The translations under genes and the position numbers were made by a program. Of a DNA stretch of 64,000 nt, positions 1-11,000 are shown one piece after another (position 1 is the stretch's first letter; each line of letters opens with the position of its first letter). The DNA is from Octopus bimaculoides (taxonomy: Eukaryota). The stretch lies in assembly GCF_001194135.2 (NCBI RefSeq), contig NC_068986.1, forward strand, positions 38,858,249 through 38,922,248, read 5' to 3'. The notes beneath the pieces are model-generated. The model was not told the origin of the DNA. It saw nothing but the letters and a program-made list of their open reading frames with translations, and did no database searches.

Positions 1-216
1 TGAGAATTTGGTTCAGGGTGTGGAGTGAATCAATGTAACATGGATGGAAAGAACAGTAATAATTGATGAGAGTTTCTATCTTTTTTTTTTATCTTTTACT
101 TGTTTCAGTCATTTCCCTGTGGCCATGCTGGGGGATGCCTTGAAGAACTCAGTCAAATGTAAAGCTTGGTACTTTTACTGACTGGCTCTTATGTATATAT
201 ATATACATGCATATAT

Positions 217-895
217 GGACGTCACTAACAGTTCAAACAACATGAAATATGGAAACAAATGAGTTAAATACGTAAACAACAAGAAAAAATGAAAAACAGG
301 ACAAGTAAATACAGAGAAAGGACCCTTCATCAGTTGTCAGTTGTCTATCTACTCTTCATTTTGAGCATTCAGTGACAATATGAGTCTTCAAAGACAGTTG
401 CTCCCATAAATTCTAAAATAAAATTTAGGATTTATAGCGGGTCAAAGTTGGGAACAAAAACATGACAATGGAGACATACAAGGAAACCAAGCGAAAACAA
501 ACATGGAGGGTCATTAGACCAGAATGAGAGGAAAATAGTGAATGCTGGAGGAAACATTTTTTTTGAAAAGAGAATAGATAGAAGAAAGAGAGAAAAAAAC
601 ATGGACGATGGTCATGTGTAAGTAATGAGAGAGAGAGAGAGAGAGAGGAAAGAGAAAGGGGGGAGAGACAGACAGATAGAAAACGGTGAAGGAGGGAGGG
701 GGAGGACCCTCCATAAATCCTAAATTCTTTTTAGAATTTATGGAAGACTCATATTGTTGTTGAATACTCGAAATGAGGAGTAGATAGACAGCCAACAACT
801 GATAAAGAGTCTTTTCTCTGTGTATACTTGTCCTGTTTACGTATTTAACTCATTTGTTTAGGCATTTCATGTTGTTTGCAGCATTGGTGATGTCC
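217..895. mobile_element. Foldback/MITE-like element with long inverted arms
   Basis: Left arm ~217-437 is the degenerate reverse complement of right arm ~711-895; (TA)n on both sides. Confidence 0.7.
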
Positions 896-968
896 TGTCC
901 CCATATGTGCAAGTACATATATATATATTATATATTGTTTAATTGAACATGACTCATCCACTTCCAAG

Positions 969-1007
<39 letters not shown>

Positions 1008-1389
1008 AGAGAGACAATAACCGATGTGTTTAAAGCTATACACACAAACTTAGCTTGCATTTATTTATGATATGTTAAAACTTGTATAACAAAACTTAAA
1101 GTTAATTATGGATATGACAATACCACAATTACTAGTTGAAGAAAGTAGACATTAGGACATATTTGGATTTTTTATATAGCTATGATAAATATTTGTTCTC
1201 TGATATAGAGATCAATGACCTAGTGTAATATTAATTACTGCACAATCTGTACATCTTCATTTGCAAATACTTCTACAGTTGATGCTGCTCTCCTGATGTG
1301 TTCAATATCAATCCCACGTCTTTTTTTCCCGACTTTCCATACTAGGTGCAGGCATATTTGTGTGGCTAAGAAGTTTGCTTCCTATCTAC

Positions 1390-2075
1390 ATCATCATTAT
1401 CATCATTGTCATTTAATATCCGCTTTCCATGCTGGCATGGGTTGGACGGTTTGACTTGAGGTCTGGCAAGCTAGAAGGCTGTACCAGGCTCCAATCCAAT
1501 CTGCCAAAGTTTCTACAGCTGGATACCCTTCCTAATGCCAACCACTCTGAGAGTGTAGTGAATGATTTTTACATGCCACCGGCATGAGGGCCAGTCAGGC
1601 GGTGCTGGCATCAACCACACTTGAATGGTGCTTTTAACATACCACTGGCACAGGTGCCAATCAGGCAGTACTGTCATCGGCCACAACAACAATTTTAATT
1701 GCTTCAACAGGTCTTTGCAAGCGCAGTTTATTGCCCAATGATTGAAGAATACTCTTAAATGGGCTGGTTATGCTGCACTGGCATAGGCCACGGTTACAGT
1801 CTCACTTGGCTTGTCGGGTCTTCTCAAGCACAACATATCTCCAAAGGTCTCGGTTACTTGTCATTGCCTCGGTGAGGCCTAATATTCGAAGGTCATGCTT
1901 CACCACTTCATCCCAGGTCTTCCTGGGTCTGCCTCTTCCACAGGTTCCCTCAACTGCTAGGGTGTGACACTTTTTCACACAGCTGTCCTCATCTATTCAC
2001 AGTACATGACCATACCAGTGCAGTCGTCTCTCTTGCACACCACACTTGATGCTTCTTAAGTCCAACTTTTCTCTC
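1390..2075 (-). mobile_element. RTE-clade LINE 3' fragment
   Basis: Minus frame …CGVQERRLHWYGHV…[27 protein letters not shown], then the family 3'UTR and degenerate (GAT)n tail. Confidence 0.85.
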
Positions 2076-2534
2076 GTGGTTATTTTTGAAAACTTCACCC
2101 AAAAAATCTGAAAGCATAGCATGTGTTTTATCTGTATGAAAAGATAGTCACTCTTCTGCTACTCATTGAAAAGTGCAAGAAATTGGAATATGATGATTAC
2201 TTAATGCACTTTATATACTTTATGCACAATTTTATAGACTTAATACACAGTACTCATAAAATAAATATTCACCCTTATTTTTCCAGTTTTCCCATAAACA
2301 CACAAAAAATCCCATACATATGATACAACCTTTAGTTAAATTGCATATATCTGCCACGTTAAATAAGCTTCAATATTTTACGGAATTGCATTTATGCGCA
2401 TGAATTAAGTGATAGGCGATATAAAAAACTTGGTTCAATTTTTAAAAAACTACACTTTTCACTATCCAATCACCACTACTTCCACCACCACCATCATCAT
2501 CTCACTCTCCCTCTCTCTAACAGAACGTTACCAC

Positions 2535-2926
2535 TCTCTTTTACTCTTTTACTTGTTTCAGTCATTTGACTGTGGCCATGCTGGAGCACCGCCTTTAGTC
2601 GAGCAAATCGACCCCAGGACTTATTCTTTGGAAGCCTAGTACTTATTCTATTGATCTCTTTTACCGAACTGCTAAGTTACTGCGACGTAAACACACCAGT
2701 ATTGGTTGTCAAGCGATGTTGGAGGGACAAACACAGACACACAAACATATACACACATACATATATATACATATATACGATAGGCTTCTTTCAGTTTCCG
2801 TCTACCAAATTCACTCACAAGGCTATAGTAGAAGACACTTGCCCAATGTGCCACACAGTGGGACTGAACCCAGAACCATGTGGTTGGTAAGCAAGCTACT
2901 TACCACACAGCCACTCCTACGCCTAT
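2535..2926 (-). mobile_element. tRNA-derived SINE, family A (near full length)
   Basis: Head ATAGGCGTAGGAGTGGCTGTGTGGTAAG…GGGTTCAGTCCC with Pol III A/B-box-like motifs, internal (TA/TG)n. Other copies at ~88-180, 7035-7258, 12830-13015, 49050-49280, 51060-51250, 55860-56450, 63590-63800. Confidence 0.8.
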
Positions 2927-3235
2927 GTTAAAATTATATTTTTAACTCTCTTTCTCTGCCTTCAACTAACTTTTACAATCACGTAATATATATTATGTTC
3001 CCCCACCTCACATCATGGATGCTTCTTTCTCCTTCTTTCTGTTTCACTCTTCACCTTATCCTCTTTTTTTCTTTCTCCTCTCTTTCCTTTCAACTAATCA
3101 TGCAAAAGTGTTACAATTGCATTCCCTCTACCTCACATAATGAGTGCTTCTCTCTCTCCTTCTTCTTTTCTAATCACGTGAAAGCATTATCGACAGGCTA
3201 AGAGGAACACAATGACAAGCAGAATTATAAGATTA

Positions 3236-3480
3236 AGGCTATGAGCTGGCTGAATCATTAGCATGCTGGATGAAATGCTTAGCAGTATTTTATCTGTCGT
3301 TACGTTCTGAGTTCAAATTTCATCAAGGTCGATTTTGCCTTTCATCCTTTCAGGGTTGATGAATTAAGTACCATCCAGTCAAGTACTGGATTCGATGTGA
3401 TCAATTGCTCCCCTCCCCACAAAAATCCAAGCCTTGTGCCAATGGTAGAAAGGATTATTATTATTATTATTATTATTATT
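3236..3480 (+). mobile_element. tRNA-derived SINE, family B, Nin-domain-like with (ATT)n tail
   Basis: A/B-box-like head; central TTGCCTTTCATCCTTTCxGGGTxGAT..AATTAAGTACCA resembles the Nin domain from memory; copies at 4806-5140 and 6916-7030. Confidence 0.7.
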
Positions 3481-3481
3481 C

Positions 3482-3780
3482 AGTAGTTTTATTTTTATAA
3501 CGTGCTTTCACTTCACTACCGAGCGCAGCTCTGTGCGCCTTGGGTATGTGCTGTGGTTTGCTGTGGTGCTCTTATGTTTACTGTATTGAAAGTGTTTTGC
3601 GTAGAATGTGTGCAGTACCCAGTAGTGCAATTTTCTGTATGTTATATATATTTGTAAGTCCTGGTGTTTTTGTTATGTATTTGTCTGAATATTTTTTTAT
3701 TATACCTAAGGCACCTACTATGATAGGAATTGTTTCTGTTTTTAGATTCCACATTCGAGTTATCTCTATTTCCAGGTCTT
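3482..3780 (-). mobile_element. Dong/R4-type (RLE) non-LTR retrotransposon 3' end
   Basis: Uninterrupted minus frame 3778-3578 DLEIEITRMWNLKTETIPIIVGALG…IQKIALLGTAHILRKTLSIQ*, the typical RLE C-terminus; 3'UTR ends in (TAA)n; 5' part lost in the gap. Confidence 0.82.
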
Positions 3781-4014
3781 NNNNNNNNNNNNNNNNNNNN
3801 NNNNNNNNNNNNNNNNNNNNNNNNNNNNNNNNNNNNNNNNNNNNNNNNNNNNNNNNNNNNNNNNNNNNNNNNNNNNNNNNNNNNNNNNNNNNNNNNNNNN
3901 NNNNNNNNNNNNNNNNNNNNNNNNNNNNNNNNNNNNNNNNNNNNNNNNNNNNNNNNNNNNNNNNNNNNNNNNNNNNNNNNNNNNNNNNNNNNNNNNNNNN
4001 NNNNNNTACTACCT

Positions 4015-4380
4015 GTCATCATCATCATCATCATCGTTTAACGTCCGCTTTCCATGCTAGCATGGGTTGGACGATTTGACTGAGGACTGGTGAAACCGGA
4101 TGGCAACACCAGGCTCCAGTCTGATTTGGCAGAGTTTCTACAGCTGGATGCCCTTCCTAACGCCAACCACTCAGAGAGTGTAGTGGGTGCTTTTACGTGT
4201 CACCCGCACGAAAACGGCCACGCTCGAAATGGTGTCTTTTATGTGCCACCCGCACAAGCCAGTCCAGGGGCACTGGCAACGATCTCGCTCGAAAATCCTA
4301 CAGGAGCCAGTCAGGCGGTACTGGCAACGGCCACGCTCAAAATGGTGCATCTCATGTGCCACCCGCACAAGAACCAGTCC
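4015..4380 (-). mobile_element. RTE LINE 3'UTR copy (young)
   Basis: (CAT)n GTTTAACGTCCGCTTTCCATGCTAGCATGGGTTGGACG terminus plus ~3 internal 60-bp units. Confidence 0.85.
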
Positions 4381-6108
4381 TGTAACCTTAGGTATCCACA
4401 AGCTTTCACTACTCTTTCAAGTGCTTAAGACTGACCCTCCTGGTAATCTTTCATGTCCCTAAGAGGCAAACTTTCTATAGAAGCTCTGTAGGACATTCTA
4501 TTCCAACCTCCTTCAACCATTTCTCTGTATCTATACTTACAGTTCCCATCACACCAATTATTACAGGCACATCTTTTACATTTTTCATACTCCAAATTCT
4601 TGCAATTTCAAATTTTGGGGGATTGCATTTTCTTTTGTTTTCCATCTTCTTTCTTTACAATCTTGGAATCAAACAGACATAATGGCTCGATTATTATTGT
4701 TGTTGTTGCTGTTATTATCATCATCATCATCCTCGTCGTCGTCGTCGTCGTCGTCTTCATCATCATCATCATCATGGTGATGATGATGATGATGATGATG
4801 ATGCAGCAAGCTGGCAGAATTGTTAGCATGCTAGACAAAATGGTTAGTAATATTTCGCCCGTCATTATGTTCTAAGCTCTAAACCCACCAAGGTCAGCTT
4901 TACCTTTCATTAAGCCGACAGAATCGTTAGCATGCTGGTTGAAATACTAGGCAATATTTTGCCTGTCACTACATTCTGAGTTCAAATTCCGCAGAGGTCA
5001 ACTTTGCCTTTCATTCTTTCGGGATTGATCAATTAAGTACCAGTGAAACACTGGGGGCGATGAAATCAACTAGTCCCCTCTCCCCAAATTTCAGGCCTTG
5101 TGCCAATAGTAGAAAAGATCATTATTATTATTAACATTATTATAACAAAAGACACTTGCTGAAAATGCCACACAGTGAGGCTGAAATTTTTTAACCACAT
5201 TACCATGCCAGCAACATAATGACAGAATACATAATAAAGCTGGCCATTTGAATTATTACTGACAGGCTTTCACAGTTTCCCTCTACACAGTTGCACTCAC
5301 ATGGCTCAAGTTGACCTGAGGTCATGAAGTGGGATTAAATCTAGACCTCACGAGCATCCACTATTTAACCGCACTGGCATACACAAGCACACTCATTTCG
5401 GTCTCGATATGTGTGGCTGAGTTTATGCAATCAAAGCTGATTATTTACTGTCAGTGCATTGAATTCTCTGAATTTCTTGCCTTTATGCATTCATTCATTT
5501 ATGTGTTTGTTCCTTGAATAAATCATGAAGGTAACAAGCTTCAAGTATAGATTATAATAGTAAATTATTAGCTTTGAATGAATAACGATGTGTATGTATG
5601 TGGAGTACGTGAGTACGTGTAAGGGAGAGGCATGTGTATTGCAGTGGAATAGAACTTTAATAACTGAATAACACTACTAAATTCATCAAGTTCTTGTCAT
5701 TTGTCTATACAAAATTATATTTGAGTGTGTATTATTATGGCTTCACACTGGTATGAATTGTGCAGGCTCAGCTTTGAATGAATAATGTTATATAATGTTA
5801 TATGCGCTATGAAGCACATGTAACCAAAATTCAGGTTCAATAGTACATCCTGCACTCCACTCCTTAACCCAATGTAATACATACAATGTGGGGATCAAAA
5901 GAAACAAGCCATGTAATAGTATAATAATAAAATACAGAAAGCATATATGGTATTTTATGCCTTATAACACAAACACATGTTTCTTTAAACTAACTGCCAA
6001 GTTTACATAATTGCTTGATGAAACATATATAATCTTGATATATCTCTTCAATGCTTAGCATCAAATTTCTGCATTTTATCAATACTGTTTGTGTGCATGT
6101 ATATATAT

Positions 6109-6861
6109 NNNNNNNNNNNNNNNNNNNNNNNNNNNNNNNNNNNNNNNNNNNNNNNNNNNNNNNNNNNNNNNNNNNNNNNNNNNNNNNNNNNNNNNNNNNN
6201 NNNNNNNNNNNNNNNNNNNNNNNNNNNNNNNNNNNNNNNNNNNNNNNNNNNNNNNNNNNNNNNNNNNNNNNNNNNNNNNNNNNNNNNNNNNNNNNNNNNN
6301 NNNNNNNNNNNNNNNNNNNNNNNNNNNNNNNNNNNNNNNNNNNNNNNNNNNNNNNNNNNNNNNNNNNNNNNNNNNNNNNNNNNNNNNNNNNNNNNNNNNN
6401 NNNNNNNNNNNNNNNNNNNNNNNNNNNNNNNNNNNNNNNNNNNNNNNNNNNNNNNNNNNNNNNNNNNNNNNNNNNNNNNNNNNNNNNNNNNNNNNNNNNN
6501 NNNNNNNNNNNNNNNNNNNNNNNNNNNNNNNNNNNNNNNNNNNNNNNNNNNNNNNNNNNNNNNNNNNNNNNNNNNNNNNNNNNNNNNNNNNNNNNNNNNN
6601 NNNNNNNNNNNNNNNNNNNNNNNNNNNNNNNNNNNNNNNNNNNNNNNNNNNNNNNNNNNNNNNNNNNNNNNNNNNNNNNNNNNNNNNNNNNNNNNNNNNN
6701 NNNNNNNNNNNNNNNNNNNNNNNNNNNNNNNNNNNNNNNNNNNNNNNNNNNNNNNNNNNNNNNNNNNNNNNNNNNNNNNNNNNNNNNNNNNNNNNNNNNN
6801 NNNNNNNNNNNNNNNNNNNNNNNNNNNNNNNNNNNNNNNNNNNNNNNNNNNNNNNNNNNNN
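6109..6861. other. Assembly gap (others: 3781-4006, 22487-22685, 24510-24519, 29691-30409, 33262-33303, 47179-47568, 53868-53914)
   Basis: Runs of N, mostly bordered by microsatellites or young repeats. Confidence 1.
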
Positions 6862-7907
6862 CGTCGTCTTCATCATCATCATCATCATCATCATCATGGT
6901 GATGATGATGATGATGCAGCAAGCTGGCAGAATTGTTAGCATGCTAGACAAAATGGTTAGTAATATTTCGCCCGTCATTATGTTCTGAGCTCTAAACCCA
7001 CCAAGGTCAGCTTTACCTTTCATTAAGCCGACAACACACCATCGGTTGTCAAACGATGTTTGGGCGGGGGGGCAGACACACATACACATATACAGCGGAC
7101 TTCTTTTAGTTTCCGTCTACCAAATCCACTCACAAGGCTTTGGTCAACCCGAGGCTATAGTAGAAGACACTTGCCCAAGGTGCCACGAAGTGGGACTGAA
7201 CCAGAAACCATGTGGTTGGTAAGCAAGCTACTTACCACACAGCCACTCCTGCACCTATATATATATTATGCAAAACATGTCAAGCTGTGGAAAAATATTA
7301 CCTTACTTGTAGGTAGCAACAGGAAGGGCACCCAGCCATAGAAAATCTGCATCAACAGGTTCCTTCCAATCCATGCAAGCATGGATGGCAAGGAAAGGTG
7401 CAAAAATAGTGAAGTAAAAACTCTCTCTCTTTCTCAGTGGGCTTGCAATGATCTAGTGAGTGGGTACCATTCAAAGGTGTGTGTTAATTTAGCAGATCAT
7501 AATATTATATGTCAGTTGTATGTCTAACATATGGAGAGATTTTGTTAAAATAGCTATCAAAAATGTTTGTCTTGATGCTATAAACAATTGAGTGAAATGA
7601 TCTTAAACATTTAGCATCTGCTATTTCCAAAGTTAGATAACAATTATGAAAAATTGCCATTTTTTTGCTGCCTCCGTAGCAACAAAGATATTTTGTTATG
7701 GTGATTGCAGTTATGTGCCTTTATAGTCATGAGTTCAAATCCCACTGAAGTTGACTTTAGTTTTTCGTCTTTCCTGAATCAATAAAATAAAATACCATTC
7801 AAGCACTGGGTCAATTTAATCAAATTGATTTCCTATGCTGTATCAATGTAAAACACAGGTAAAATTAGTTACTTAAAACAACTTGTGAAACTCATTTTAT
7901 ATTTCAG

Positions 7908-8011
7908 AATGGAGTAGAAGTTTATAGTGAATATGTAAAAGAAGATCTTCCAGAAATTTTAGGAGATTTTTTAGGTGAACCAGTTCAAAATGCTGAAAAT
8001 GCTAATATGAG
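7908..8011 (+). CDS. IPPK: IPPK exon (NGVEVYSEYVKEDLPEILGDFLGEPVQNAENANM)
   Basis: atttcag acceptor, gtgaat donor, phase 0 to 2; fits the segment after the NNxKIFK motif of IPPK. Confidence 0.75.
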
Positions 8012-11000
8012 GTGAATATTTATATTTGTTTTTCTATGAATTATTTTATAAACTTGTTAACATTGTGCAGTATTTGAAAGGAATAAATACCAGAACAACA
8101 TAACATTAACTGTTTATGAAACAGGACTAATTTTATTTTCAGAATAATCAAGATTTTAGATGAGCTTTGTAAAATATTTATAAGCACTACAAGATTATGT
8201 CCCAACACTTTGTTTTTTCTTTTGTTACATTAACAACCTGTTTACCATCATCTCTTCACAGTCTATTCCATGTAGATGATGGTATTCTTCACTTGTCATT
8301 AACATGTATACATAGGCAATTATTCATAGATAACCGTGACACCTCACATTCAGACCTGTGCTGCTTCCATAAACAGAGACCTTGAAAATACCTCCAGTGG
8401 AGACATGACAGTCTAGCACAATGAAACAACTCTGTTCATATTATGAAAATAATGTTGTACTTCATCCTCTCTAGTGTTGGACAAACAACAATTAAAATAT
8501 AATTAGAGTTGCTGGTACACTATCCTTGATGCTGTGTTTGTTATAATCTGACTTTTCTTAACCACATCACATACATAATGGTGCAAAAGTTACACCCCAA
8601 AGACTAGCATTCCTGTACAGAACTAAAGGTCAAGTAAGACTCGCATCAACGTATTACTCTCACATTTGGGAACTTACTGAAGTTTCTAGCATGAGGTTTT
8701 AGCTGCTTTAATTTATTTTATTTTTAAAAGATTTTTACAACTGGACTCATATCTCTACCTCTATGTTGGTTTGAACTCCTGTGAGCAAAACAGTGTAAAA
8801 TATGACCACTATAAAATGTTAATGGAAACTAATCTACAACAGTTATAAGGTGGCTTTGACATAGATCTATGTTAGCAATGATAGATATGACTATATAGCT
8901 ATTTTAATCCTTTAGCATTTAAAACCATATCTGGCCAAAATATTCTACCTGTTTTATGTTCAAATCAACTAGATCTTCGCCTCTCATACCTATGCATTAA
9001 TGTTATTCTAAAAATAAGCAATCATATCATTAAAATCTCAGAGCAACAAGGTAATGCATGATTAATTCAAAACAATGGGAATAAATAAATATTACATTTG
9101 ATAGAGAAATCTGAATGCTAAAGGGTTAATTCAATTACTAATGAGTGCTTTATTCTTCTTTCAGTTGTTTAGATGTCTTTATTAACCTTGTTGTTGATGC
9201 CTTGCACTACCCAATGGATACATGTACTCCAGTACACTATATCTCACAGAAAAGCCAAAACCAATCTCAGCGGTGTCTTAATAGCAGTTACAGAAGTACA
9301 CCAGACGAAGGTAAGTAACCAATGTTTTTCACTGACAAGTAATCACTAATTTTTGGTAAACTGTCAGTTAATTACTGTATTTTGTGGCATAGAAGACTTG
9401 GTTCATTTTATTAAAAAACAAACTTCAAAATTACCATGCATCTTCCATGATGCTAGTTGAGAAGTTGAACTCTGCTGCAGCTACACTATCCTTGCTGCTG
9501 TGTTTGTTTGTTTACCAATGGCAGTGGTGTGGCAAGACCATGTACTGTGAAACTGAAATGTTGACTTCTCGTCTCAATGAAGTGGAATTTGTTGCTTTTT
9601 CACACTTTAAGTTTCAAGAACTACCAGGCCTTCACTGGTATCATAAAACATTTTCAGTCCTGTAAGACGAATGTATAAAGGAAACATAAACCAAATTGGC
9701 TACCACACTACTGATGTGATTTACCAATGGGAGAAGCAGGAGGGAGAATTCAAAACAGCAAACAGATAAAGCATAATCTCCTTACAATACCAGCAACATG
9801 ACCATGTTTAGTAGAAACTTAAAAACATGAATATTAGACCAAAGAAACTTGGGGGTATGGTAAATATTTTATTTTCCTGAGCTGGTAAAAGGCATTCCAT
9901 GGCTACCTTTTTTTAGTTCCCCATCACCACTGTCACTGCTCTCAGCGGGCTTTGAAAAAATTTCATGAGCACAACCTTACCATCTCTGACAAAGCCATAA
10001 CAAAACGTGAACAATGATTAATCTTTAGCTCACTGTAAGTGCATCATGTCACTGTATGAGTTTTCTCCCCTGTGATAACAGGACAGAGAAAATGCAGTGT
10101 ATTAAAGGTTAAATCTTGAACTTGATCATGTCCTCTTGTTTCTTAGTTAAGCAGTTTCTGTTCTTCTAAATACTGTTAAGTATAGGCATGTTGTAATGAG
10201 TTGAATAAATACACACTACATACATATACTGTGACGTTCTGACTGCAGATACACTACACCTTTTGTATCATGTTGACTATAGGTACACTGTGACATGCTA
10301 AGGACACACTATGCTTGCTGTTGGCAAGCTACACATGCTGAGACATTAAGAACAAGCTATACTTGCTTTGTCAAGGGCTGATGGCTTAGTGGTTAGGGTG
10401 TTGCACTCATGATTGTGAGATCGTGGTTTCAGTTCTTGGACAGGTGGTACATTGAGCAAAAACGTTATCTCACATTGCTCTGCAATTATTTCAACACCTG
10501 ACATGTGATACACCATGCACCTCTTCAATTAATATCAATTTGACGGAAGAAGAGAGAGCTAATGTACAACACATACATTTGATCACTATAAACAAATCAT
10601 TTGTGCAGGCTACTCAGCAAGAAATTGCAGAACCATCTTGGACTATGAGAGACAATCATCTTATTTGCTGTGATGTGTCAACTGTAAATGCTTTGCATTT
10701 GTTTTGACATTTTAAGATCACACTACACTTGCTGTGAAATGTGAAGGATATGCTACATTTTCTGTGACATGTGAAAAGAACAATACCCTATGCTTGCTGT
10801 GGCATGTTAACTAAAGATACACTACTCTTACTGTGATGAGCTGACAATGGGTATATTGTTCTTACTTTGTTGTGTATATGTCATTCTTCCTTTATGGTAA
10901 CCCACAAAGGATACAACAGTTTTTCTCACATATATTATGTTGATGTACATATTTAAATTAGGGTTTAAATATTTACCCTGAATTTATTTTTTAAGTTTGT

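Noticed and set aside
323-333. CTGATGA (minus strand) in the foldback element
   Set aside because: No stem II, GAAA or stem I arrangement could be built.
1235-1342. Protein-like minus frame WKVGKKRRGIDIEHIRRAASTVEVFANEDVQIVQ*
   Set aside because: Only ~35 codons, cut by a SINE, and no family recognised; a TBLASTN would be needed before any claim.
4600-4875. Poly-I/V/M/T ORFs on both strands
   Set aside because: They are translations of (CAT)/(CGT)/(GAT) microsatellites.
5990-7089. Long ORFs in the track (also 3540-4079, 22323-22741, 29640-30429, 47108-47678)
   Set aside because: They are artefacts of translating through N gaps; 3540..4079 is also the antisense of the Dong-like ORF.
8516-9508. 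27-bp direct repeat (8516-8542 and 9482-9508, 1 mismatch) bracketing an IPPK exon
   Set aside because: Too short, with no element structure; probably fragments of an old repeat.
10376-10450. tRNA-like sequences (also at 13185, 49782, 57435)
   Set aside because: They are degenerate SINE heads followed by SINE bodies, not intact cloverleaf tRNA genes.
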